Shown: one piece after another, positions 41,434-49,398 of the stretch
Layout of the letters: every line of letters starts with the position of its first letter
Position numbering within the stretch: the stretch's first letter is position 1
Source: an uncultured Thermoplasmatales archaeon
GTDB lineage: Archaea; Thermoplasmatota; E2; UBA202; DSCA01
Reading direction: 5' to 3'
DNA: 64,000 nucleotides
Assembly: GCA_964414415.1 (NCBI GenBank)
Contig: CAYPWJ010000001.1
Span: 138,701-202,700, forward strand
Program-made: the position numbers and the translations under genes
The notes under the pieces: model-generated
Told to the model about the DNA's origin: nothing
Seen by the model: the letters and a program-made list of their open reading frames with translations, nothing else
Database searches by the model: none

Positions 41434-41474
41434 GATATGATATCTATCATATTAATGATATTCATAATATATAA
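41434..41474 (-). promoter_or_regulatory. candidate promoter plus operator upstream of the HTH-regulator/rSAM operon
   Basis: Minus-strand TTTATATA about 65 nt upstream of the ATG. Between TATA and start lie GATATGATATC and the inverted repeat TATCAT-ATTA-ATGATA. Confidence 0.4.
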
Positions 41475-41579
41475 ATGTTGTGCACACGTTGGCGCTTTCT
41501 AGTTTTGTGGGATTTACACATCAAAAACACTGACAGGTTACTGAAAGAGAAAAAGAAGGGATAAGAAGGTTCTGTCCGG

Positions 41580-41945
41580 CTAGAAGCCGCGTTCGGCGAT
41601 GTCGCCCACGACGGGGAGCTTGAAGCGCTCTCCCTGGTAGGCCTTGAACATGAGTACGAGCCAGAGGATGAGGGTGAGCAGCCAGAGGAGGGTACCGAGG
41701 AGAGACAGGAGAGCCCATATGCCTAGTCCCCCATACAACAGCGCGCCGCCGAACATGAAGCCGCCGCTGAAGATGAACGACAGTATCGAGAGCGGCAGAA
41801 ACGTCAGGATGGACTGCCGTGCGTGGAAGCGGACGAACTCGTTGTCTTTCTCGACCAGGTAGAACACGATGCCCGTCAGCCATCCAAGCAGATAGCAGAG
41901 GGCGCCTTCAACGTTTTCCTCCATATTGAGTGAGGTCTGTGCCAT
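41580..41945 (-). CDS. DUF4870-family small membrane protein
   Basis: Motif VFYLVEKDNEFVRFHARQS and 3 TM helices. Confidence 0.55.
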   Translation of the reverse strand: MAQTSLNMEENVEGALCYLLGWLTGIVFYLVEKDNEFVRFHARQSILTFLPLSILSFIFSGGFMFGGALLYGGLGIWALLSLLGTLLWLLTLILWLVLMFKAYQGERFKLPVVGDIAERGF

Positions 41946-41949
41946 GGAT

Positions 41950-42147
41950 TTAGCTCCGTTTTCTTTTCGTTGTGAAGTATAACAGCATTACCCCGATAGC
42001 ACCGAATAGAGAGAGCACTTCGAAACCAGGCATTCCACCATTTCCTCCATTCCCTGTACCATCTGTGCCATCGTCTCCTCCGCCCGTGGCGTCATCATCT
42101 GTATCTTCATCACCTGCTACTAAAACACTTCTTCGTATCATACTCAT
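41950..42147 (-). CDS. minimal PGF-CTERM protein (65 aa: short N-terminal hydrophobic segment, Asp/Gly/Thr-rich linker, PGF-TM-KRKR tail)
   Basis: ...GGMPGFEVLSLFGAIGVMLLYFTTKRKRS is a canonical PGF-CTERM archaeosortase sorting signal. Start at Met32 of ORF 41950..42240. Confidence 0.5.
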   Translation of the reverse strand: MSMIRRSVLVAGDEDTDDDATGGGDDGTDGTGNGGNGGMPGFEVLSLFGAIGVMLLYFTTKRKRS

Positions 42148-42391
42148 GTTTTCCTGTCTCCTCTCCGCACAAAAGAAGTAACCGTTTATAATTTTTAGGA
42201 TTTTTGCCTCATCTCGAACCGCTTCGAAACGATTTAACAAGCCATGGCGCTGGCTTCCACCTAGTTCAACGGCAGCTGACGTTCAACTATGATACTCGGA
42301 AGGCATTGTTAATATGGAGAAGCTCTATCAGACAGCCTGTGACACAGATAGGACCAATGGCCACTAAGGCCCACACGTAATCCGTGGATAC

Positions 42392-43975
42392 CTAGTTGAT
42401 TCCGTCTTTTCTCTTCAGCCATACACCGAGGGCCAGCGCCGTCACCAGCAGTCCCGTCTGTAGACCGGGGATACCTTCCCCTCCATCGTCGTCTTCTCCT
42501 GCACGTGTTTGTTCGCTTACCACGTTTGACATGGGCGAAACATTTGGAATTTCATCTGCTGTCTTCAGAGCGAAATAGTAGGTGGTATCGGCATCCAGGT
42601 CGGACACCGTATAGGTTTCCTTGTCTCCTGGCTGTTGTGGAATCGGCTGCGTGGCTGCTGGTGTAGCATCTGCCCAGCCATCGGCAGTTATCGACGTGGT
42701 GGCGTATCGTAGATCATAGCTGCTTGCAGTCCCCATCTCCATGTTGTCTCCTGGGGCAGTCCAGGTGAGCGTGACCGAGGTATTGGTAGCCTGGGTCGCC
42801 TGAAGGTCGGTTACCTTGCTCGGCCATGTTGCATCAGCGGCTGTATCGAAGAAAATGTTTCCGTCGTCTCTGCTATCCTGCCATACAATGTATGTTTGGG
42901 TGTCAGCACCTACCGCTATAGCAGGATGGCCAGCTGCTTCAGATCCATCGTTTACCTTGAAATTTTCACCAAAAGTTGTTCCTCCATCGGTTGAATTTGC
43001 GAAATAGACTGCGTCTTCGCCGCTGGAGTCATCTTGCCAGATTACAAAGATTTTTCCGCATGGATGAACTGCTATATCGTTAGGATAGCCGCCGGATAAG
43101 GTTGACGCTGAGGTGTGGCTCACATTAACACTTGATTGGAAGGAATCTGCACCATCGGTTGAACGTGTAAATCGTGCCTTTTTCAGATCTCCTTTATCGT
43201 TCCAGTAGGACATATATACTTTATCTGTTCCATATGCTGCGATGGATGGCCCGGACATGCTGTCGCCGTCCTCAACTACAACGCTGGGTCCAAACGTCGA
43301 GGCCTGATCGGTGGATTTAACAACACGTATATTGGAATCACCGAAGCCTAAACCATTATCGTAGGCTACATAAATGGTCTCATCGGAGCCAATAGCGATC
43401 GCTGGATCGCCTGGTCTGTCTTCGGGGCTGTTCACTCTGACATCTGTTCCAAATCCTTCTCCGTTTATGGATCTATCCAGAGATAGGTTTTCCAAGTGTG
43501 AGGCTGTCCATACGATGTACACATTATCTTCATAGGTGGCGATGTCGGGGTTGTCGCCCCCATGGCTGTCGCTTATTATTGTTGGATCGCTGAAGGTGTT
43601 GCCTCCATCTGTGGATTTTGTATAATAGACGTTGCCTTTATCTGCCACTGTGACATGAATATTGTCGCTGTCATCAACTGCAATAGATGGTACATATCCA
43701 TCGCTGATGTCTATGGGGTCGCTGAAGGTTTCTCCGCCGTCGGTAGACGTAGCAAAGGTTACTGCGTTCCAGGCTAGATATATGTTATCGGAGCTATCTA
43801 GTGCTATATCTGGTTTTCTTCCATACCCTGGACTGGCATGTGTGTCTGTTCCAAAGTCTTCTGCCCTCGCGTTGTGAACGTCACCGCAGAGGGTGTACAT
43901 CACGCCGATCAGCATCACAAGAACCATCACAGTTAGTACTTGTCTCTTATGGATAACTCTTTTAATTTTTTTCAC
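42392..43975 (-). CDS. secreted BNR/Asp-box repeat (sialidase-like beta-propeller) surface protein with FN3-like domain and PGF-CTERM-like anchor
   Basis: Signal peptide. Eight or more S-x-D-x-G-x-T-F/W Asp-box repeats (STDGGETF, STDGGNTF, STDQASTF, STDGADSF, STDGGTTF). C-terminal ...GIPGLQTGLLVTALALGVWLKRKDG. Lower GC than its surroundings. Confidence 0.75.
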   Translation of the reverse strand: MKKIKRVIHKRQVLTVMVLVMLIGVMYTLCGDVHNARAEDFGTDTHASPGYGRKPDIALDSSDNIYLAWNAVTFATSTDGGETFSDPIDISDGYVPSIAVDDSDNIHVTVADKGNVYYTKSTDGGNTFSDPTIISDSHGGDNPDIATYEDNVYIVWTASHLENLSLDRSINGEGFGTDVRVNSPEDRPGDPAIAIGSDETIYVAYDNGLGFGDSNIRVVKSTDQASTFGPSVVVEDGDSMSGPSIAAYGTDKVYMSYWNDKGDLKKARFTRSTDGADSFQSSVNVSHTSASTLSGGYPNDIAVHPCGKIFVIWQDDSSGEDAVYFANSTDGGTTFGENFKVNDGSEAAGHPAIAVGADTQTYIVWQDSRDDGNIFFDTAADATWPSKVTDLQATQATNTSVTLTWTAPGDNMEMGTASSYDLRYATTSITADGWADATPAATQPIPQQPGDKETYTVSDLDADTTYYFALKTADEIPNVSPMSNVVSEQTRAGEDDDGGEGIPGLQTGLLVTALALGVWLKRKDGIN

Positions 43976-44051
43976 CTATTTCTGGATAATAGATATGTCG
44001 AGGTTTTAAATACATTGCGAGCTGCTGGTTTATCGTCAGAGAAAAAGGTGC

Positions 44052-45041
44052 CTATCCCTCGAAAACAATCTGCTGTTTGTGCTCCAGCTGCATCGTCGGC
44101 GATGCAGCGGGCTCCTCGCGCACGGCCTCGTTGTAGGCTGCTTCCCCGCCTGCCTCCGCCAGCACTTTTTTTCCAGCCGTTATCTGCTGCTGGATGTTTG
44201 CGTTGACTTTCTCTATCGTGCCCGGCGCCACAATATGGGCGAGCTTCAGCAGCAATCCAAGGCCGTAGGGGAACGACTCACGGTGCATCAGCGACCGCGG
44301 CTTCGGGGCAAACCACACCCCGATGGAATCCTCGCCGAACGTCGTGATGGGGATACCTGCAGCGGCCTGCCGCTCAGGCGTCGGCCCGACATCCACGACC
44401 TCCCAAGAACCATCCACGTATACCTCACCCTCGCCGTGCAGCATAAAATAGCCAAGCGCGTCGTACCATTCCTCCATGACCGGGTTGACGATGAAGGTGT
44501 CGCTCCAGGCATCGATCATCTCAGGTGCATAGAGCTTGTACCGGGCCTTGATGCCGGCTGCCCGGCACAGCGCCACGAACACCGATATCTCGTGGAGGCA
44601 TGTACCCGTCCCGCGCTGCAGCGTCGCCGAGACATCGTCCATGGGCAGCATCTCCAGTGTTATCTCCCGCTTTACAAAGTCAAATGCCCGCTCGGCAAAC
44701 GTCCGATCAGGCACCTCAAAGGCGCCCAGCTCGTTGGCCATGGCCACAACCTCGGGAGTGTGCGAGTTGCAGTAGAGCGTGGGACGCAGATATCGTTCAT
44801 CGCGGTCGCAGTACGGCATATCCGCATCGTAGGCGGGAAGCTCATACCGCCGCGGCGGCCGGACGTAGCCCGGGTCGTCGTCATCGCTTTTCCTGAGGGT
44901 CCGGAGTGCCGCAAGGTTCGTGATGGCTACCTTGCCAAGCGATGACAGCCCTTTTACCATGAGCTGCAGATATGTGCTCGATGGCATGTATCCCTTCTTT
45001 TTCATCTCTGCAAGCCCTGTCATGAAGCGTCCCCTGCCCAT
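44052..45041 (-). CDS. transglutaminase-like superfamily protein (papain-fold Cys-His-Asp core)
   Basis: Core GTGTCLHEISVFVALCRAAGIKARYKLYA. Paralogous to 59331..60380. Confidence 0.7.
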   Translation of the reverse strand: MGRGRFMTGLAEMKKKGYMPSSTYLQLMVKGLSSLGKVAITNLAALRTLRKSDDDDPGYVRPPRRYELPAYDADMPYCDRDERYLRPTLYCNSHTPEVVAMANELGAFEVPDRTFAERAFDFVKREITLEMLPMDDVSATLQRGTGTCLHEISVFVALCRAAGIKARYKLYAPEMIDAWSDTFIVNPVMEEWYDALGYFMLHGEGEVYVDGSWEVVDVGPTPERQAAAGIPITTFGEDSIGVWFAPKPRSLMHRESFPYGLGLLLKLAHIVAPGTIEKVNANIQQQITAGKKVLAEAGGEAAYNEAVREEPAASPTMQLEHKQQIVFEG

Positions 45042-45093
45042 CGCTGTGGATGCGTGTAAATGACGGGTGAATTATAAATGTTGTCTCTCTGCC

Positions 45094-45297
45094 TTAATCG
45101 CTCTTTTGGTAGGTGTAGTTTATCTCCCGCTGGATAGACCGATAGAGCTTGGCGCCTTCTTGCAGGACGTGCCGCTCCATGAGCACCTCGAGCGCCTGCT
45201 CACCAACCACCTCCATGAGCTCCTTTATCTCCTCGGGATGGGACTTCGCATATTTCACGATATTTTCCACGCTTTCTTCATCGAGTGTAATTTTCAT
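45094..45297 (-). CDS. small helical hypothetical protein
   Basis: 67 aa. No domain. Confidence 0.3.
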   Translation of the reverse strand: MKITLDEESVENIVKYAKSHPEEIKELMEVVGEQALEVLMERHVLQEGAKLYRSIQREINYTYQKSD

Positions 45298-45353
45298 GGT
45301 CTTACCTCGTGAATGGCAACAGCTTCGGTCTTAAAGCTTTTGTGCCCTCCCGG

Positions 45354-45980
45354 TCACTGCCGTCGTCTGCTGACCGATACCAGCACTGCAGCGAGACCGC
45401 CGAGCACCAGAAGCAACGTGAAGCCGGGAACACCGCCATCTCCGCCGTTTCCCCTGTTGATGTCGGGGGCATATTCCTGCGGAGCCCAGTCCTGCCAGTA
45501 TTCACCGCTTGTCTGCCGGCTGTAGCCGGACGCCGCCCAGCCTTTGAATGACACCCTGCCGTCGCTCCCCAGCAGTTCCACGCTGGCGGTAATCGTGTCA
45601 CCCGTAGCGGAGACGTTGCCGAATCGCACGTCATTGGATCCTCTGGCCATGTGGGTGCCGCTGCCGTTTACGTAGGTCATCGTGTACGTTGCATCGCTGG
45701 TGTTATATTCCGCCCAGTACCATACATCATCAGCCTCCTCGATTTCTCCCTGGACGGTCATCGTCAACATCAGCATGTCTCCGTCGACCATATACGACAG
45801 CTCCGTAATGTCGATGTTAGGCCTGTCGGTCACGGCGTGTGTCCATGCATACCCTTCCATGTTTTCGCTCCATTTCCAGTGGAGCACGTCGTCGGTGTCA
45901 TCGTCAACCGTTGCAGCATCCGCAAGACCAGCGCCGAGCAGTGCCATCACCATCAGTCCACATACAAGCATATATCTCAT
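45354..45980 (-). CDS. secreted PGF-CTERM protein
   Basis: N-terminal signal/TM (MRYMLVCGLMVMALLGAGLA) and C-terminal ...GGVPGFTLLLVLGGLAAVLVSVSRRRQ. Confidence 0.6.
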   Translation of the reverse strand: MRYMLVCGLMVMALLGAGLADAATVDDDTDDVLHWKWSENMEGYAWTHAVTDRPNIDITELSYMVDGDMLMLTMTVQGEIEEADDVWYWAEYNTSDATYTMTYVNGSGTHMARGSNDVRFGNVSATGDTITASVELLGSDGRVSFKGWAASGYSRQTSGEYWQDWAPQEYAPDINRGNGGDGGVPGFTLLLVLGGLAAVLVSVSRRRQ

Positions 45981-46021
45981 GTCATCCTCCGGAACCATAT
46001 CACAATCGGCGTATATATAGA

Positions 46022-47149
46022 TTACATATATCTGGAAATATATCCGGAAAACGGAAGAAGGAAGCGGAGCAACGACGGATGCCGCCTGACGACTTCCTTC
46101 GCCACCCGCACCGGATAATCGATGTCTCCATAGGCAGTGATGGTAGCCGCGATGTCCTCATCTACCGCCTCCACCATCGCGTCCATCTCCCTATCTGAAA
46201 GGCCGACGAAACGCCTGTAAAGCCATCGACTTCGCTTGAGCTCCCCCCCGTAGCGATGCATGAACAGACGGCGGTAGTCGACAGAGCCGTCCTTCATCGC
46301 GTCGGCGAGACAATGAGCAGCCACCAGTCCCGGGTAGAGTCCGCCGCCCGACGTCGCCTTGACCTGGCCGGCTGCATCGCCAATCAATGCAGCGTCAGGC
46401 CGGCAAAACCGCCGGCGCATCCCCGCGGGAATGAGACCGGCCTGAACCTCGTCCTGTTCAACACCCAGGGAGGAAAGCAACCGCCGGAAATAATGCATCA
46501 CCCCGGCCCCGGCGGAGACACCCAATCCCAGCCTCGTCGTGTCGCCAGCGGGGATACGCCAGGCGAAAAAACCCGGTGCAACGTTGCTGCCCACCCATAT
46601 ATCAACCTCGTCTCTTTCCCTCATTCCTCCATCGGCAGAAACGACGGTCTGCAATGTCTGCACATGCCCCCGCGGATCCGGAAAGCGGAGGGCCGAGGCC
46701 GCAAAGCTGCGGACGCCGTCAGCCCCCACCACATACCGACACCGTACGCTGTCCCGCCCGGTGACCATATAGCCGTCATCCGATATATCTAGGCCGGTCG
46801 CCTTCCACGACCGGCGGATGTCGACACCAGCGGCGGCTGCACGCTCAGCGAGCGCCCGGTCAAATGCACGCCGGTCGATGGCAAGGGCGTGCGTCCGATC
46901 GCCACCGATGTGCAGTGTTCCCCCGCCGGGTGCATGGACAACGGCGCCGGTTATCTCCTGGCTGACGACATCGCCGTTCAGCCCTGCAAGGTCGAGTACG
47001 CGCGGCGTCACCAGCCCTGCGCACCGCTCAGGTACACCGATACTGTCATGCTCCTCGAGGACAACGACACGGTAGCCCTGAACAGCGAGCAGTCGGGCCG
47101 CCGTACACCCGACAGGTCCGCCACCGATGACAGCTACATCGCAACACAT
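46022..47149 (-). CDS. geranylgeranyl reductase family flavoprotein (digeranylgeranylglycerophospholipid reductase-like)
   Basis: FAD motif VAVIGGGPVGCTAARLLA and GGR-family length/pattern. Confidence 0.8.
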   Translation of the reverse strand: MCCDVAVIGGGPVGCTAARLLAVQGYRVVVLEEHDSIGVPERCAGLVTPRVLDLAGLNGDVVSQEITGAVVHAPGGGTLHIGGDRTHALAIDRRAFDRALAERAAAAGVDIRRSWKATGLDISDDGYMVTGRDSVRCRYVVGADGVRSFAASALRFPDPRGHVQTLQTVVSADGGMRERDEVDIWVGSNVAPGFFAWRIPAGDTTRLGLGVSAGAGVMHYFRRLLSSLGVEQDEVQAGLIPAGMRRRFCRPDAALIGDAAGQVKATSGGGLYPGLVAAHCLADAMKDGSVDYRRLFMHRYGGELKRSRWLYRRFVGLSDREMDAMVEAVDEDIAATITAYGDIDYPVRVAKEVVRRHPSLLRFLLPFSGYISRYM

Positions 47150-47456
47150 CAGGTTTAAGTATTTGCTCCCTATTTATACCTTCATCGGTATGATACCTCT
47201 GGCGTGCCTGGCGTTTCTCGTCAACAGGAAAAAAACCCGTTCGCTGCTCTCTCGCTTCGTCGTCGACAAGAACGGCAACCGGGTAGGCGAAAGCATCTCT
47301 GTCTACCGGGATCTGCTCATCATCAAGCGAGCGGGCGACTACTACGCGGTGCCGCTCAAACACGTCGATGCATCAGGCGACGAGCTCAGGGTCAAAGGTG
47401 TCGTCCAGTGGGAAAAAGCGGCCGAGATGGCAGAGGAGTGGAAGCAGCGTGTATAA
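47127..47456 (+). CDS. hypothetical protein with N-terminal TM
   Basis: ORF only. Overlaps the GGR gene 3' end by 23 nt. Confidence 0.3.
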   Translation: MTATSQHIRFKYLLPIYTFIGMIPLACLAFLVNRKKTRSLLSRFVVDKNGNRVGESISVYRDLLIIKRAGDYYAVPLKHVDASGDELRVKGVVQWEKAAEMAEEWKQRV

Positions 47457-47457
47457 G

Positions 47458-47793
47458 ATGGCCATCGTGACGCCCGAACTGGCCATATCCGAGGGCAAGC
47501 TGGCGGCGCAGGTCGCTCACGCGGCGGTGGAATGCGCACTCAGATTACACAGGAAAAACCCGTCGCTGCTGCAGAAATGGCTCGACGAGGGACAGAAAAA
47601 AGTAGTGCTCGGCATCGGCGACAAGGACATCCACCGCCTCCGGAGCAGGGCCGTGTCGATGGGCCTCTGCACCGCGTTGATCACAGACGCTGGCCGCACA
47701 CAGCTCGAGTCCGGCACCGTCACGGCCCTGGCCATCGGCCCCGCAGCAGAGCGCACGGTGGACAAGATAACCGGGCAGCTTCCCCTGAAATGA
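47458..47793 (+). CDS. pth2: peptidyl-tRNA hydrolase PTH2
   Basis: MAIVTPELAISEGKLAAQVAHAAV is the PTH2 signature. 111 aa. Confidence 0.85.
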   Translation: MAIVTPELAISEGKLAAQVAHAAVECALRLHRKNPSLLQKWLDEGQKKVVLGIGDKDIHRLRSRAVSMGLCTALITDAGRTQLESGTVTALAIGPAAERTVDKITGQLPLK

Positions 47794-48359
47794 AACGAGA
47801 GATTCGCATTCTGGGCGTCGACGACATGCCGTTCACCTTTGACGACGAACGCGTTGGCGTCGTCGGCATCGTCATGCGTGGCAACCATTACATCGAGGGG
47901 GTGCTCCACACCGACATCGCCGTCGACGGCATCGACGCCACCGAGCGGCTCGCTTCGCTCATCTGCTCCTCCAAGCATGCAGGTCAACTCCGCGCCGCCA
48001 TGACAGATGGCGGTGCACTCGGCGGCTTCAACGTTGTCGACGGCCAGCAACTCAACGAAGCGACCGGCATCCCGGTGATGACGGTCACCGCGAACAAGCC
48101 AGATAGCGAGGCGCTCATCACCGCCCTCAAGCAGCATTTCGACGACTGGGAGAGCCGATGGGCCATCCTGCAGAAGGGAGACCTGCACCGGGTGCCGTTG
48201 CGATACCCGCTCTACGTCAAACCATTCGGTCTCACGCTCGACGAGGCAACCGAGATACTCCGGCTCAGTCTGCTCAGGGGAGCGCTCCCCGAGCCGCTGC
48301 GCGTCGCACATCTCGTTGCTACGGGCATCAAGACCGGCGAGTCATACGGCCGGCGGTGA
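47790..48359 (+). CDS. DUF99/UPF0215 family protein
   Basis: MKREIRILGVDDMPFTF... pattern. ATGA overlap with pth2. Confidence 0.6.
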   Translation: MKREIRILGVDDMPFTFDDERVGVVGIVMRGNHYIEGVLHTDIAVDGIDATERLASLICSSKHAGQLRAAMTDGGALGGFNVVDGQQLNEATGIPVMTVTANKPDSEALITALKQHFDDWESRWAILQKGDLHRVPLRYPLYVKPFGLTLDEATEILRLSLLRGALPEPLRVAHLVATGIKTGESYGRR

Positions 48360-48395
48360 CCCGAACCGTTATAGCCAGCCCGGCATTGCATCGAC

Positions 48396-48734
48396 ATGCG
48401 CATCTGGGACGTCCCGCCGGGGGAGCTCTGCCGCCTGCATCTGCTCGGTGAACACAGGGAGCTCCACGCCATCTGGAGCATCCTGGTCAACGACAAAAAA
48501 GGATACCGGCGGCATCCCGAGGTGCAACGATGGGAAGGCAAACTGGCGGCGCTCTACCGCCGGCACGTGTCGCTGGTCGAGGAGATGCAGCGGCGGGGAT
48601 ACCGGCATGCCAGCCCGCTGGACGCGTCCGAGGCAACGGGCAGCAGCGAGCAGGACTGCTACGTGGACGGCGACGGATGCCCCGCGAGAAGCCGTGCAGT
48701 TGCCCGCGAAAAATTTAGAAAAAGTATTATATAG
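48396..48734 (+). CDS. pyrimidine-dimer DNA glycosylase-like (Pyr_excise family) protein
   Basis: LLGEHRELHAIW motif resembles the T4 endoV/DenV family. Confidence 0.45.
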   Translation: MRIWDVPPGELCRLHLLGEHRELHAIWSILVNDKKGYRRHPEVQRWEGKLAALYRRHVSLVEEMQRRGYRHASPLDASEATGSSEQDCYVDGDGCPARSRAVAREKFRKSII

Positions 48735-48876
48735 TCATTCCATTGGCTTTCCATGGGATGGGATGAGTCATCGATACAGGAAGTGTCGACACGCATACGT
48801 GATTTTCTGGAAGTCGAGGTCGAGGTCTGCCGTGACTGCAAACAGAGCGTGAAGGGCCCCTTCGACTGACCCGGCG

Positions 48877-49398
48877 TTATCGCTCGAGGGTCTTTCCGTA
48901 GGCGAACAGGTCGCCGGCCTGGTAGATGTCAAGCTGGACCTGCGACATGGGCTCCAGCGTTGCAACCGTGTCGCCGTCCCGTGTGACAGCGCCGCTTTCA
49001 ATGTCGACGGATATGGTATCGCGGTTTTCCAGCTCCTCCGGTAGCTCGCCCGTCAGGACGGGCAGCCCCGAGTTTATCGCGTTGCGCTTGTAGATGACAC
49101 CGAAGCTCTTCGCGACGATGGCCTGAACGCCGAGCGATATGAAGCAGTCGACGGCCTGCTGCCGGCTGCTGCCCGACCCGAAGTTTTCGCCGGCTGCCAC
49201 GATGTCGCCCGGCTCGGCGCGTTCGGCGAAGTCTTCCCAGCCGGTCAGGTTATCCAGCGCATACTGGCCCATCTCGTCGACGTCGGTGATGTGGAGATAC
49301 TGGTTGTGGAATATCATGTCGGTGTCGATGTTGTCGATGAGTTTGCCGCTGTCGTCGCAAAGCATCCATACTCGTCCTGTCAGCGTCGTTGGCTTCAT
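48877..49398 (-). CDS. leuD: 3-isopropylmalate / homoaconitate dehydratase small subunit
   Basis: Aconitase swivel domain (GENFGSGSSRQQA). Confidence 0.85.
   Translation of the reverse strand: MKPTTLTGRVWMLCDDSGKLIDNIDTDMIFHNQYLHITDVDEMGQYALDNLTGWEDFAERAEPGDIVAAGENFGSGSSRQQAVDCFISLGVQAIVAKSFGVIYKRNAINSGLPVLTGELPEELENRDTISVDIESGAVTRDGDTVATLEPMSQVQLDIYQAGDLFAYGKTLER

Noticed and set aside
42241-42391. Possible tRNA in the 150-bp spacer upstream of the BNR-protein gene
   Set aside because: Checked for a T-loop (GGTTCRANYCC) and acceptor-stem pairing. None was found. The same scan of other spacers over 60 bp found no tRNA-like structure either.
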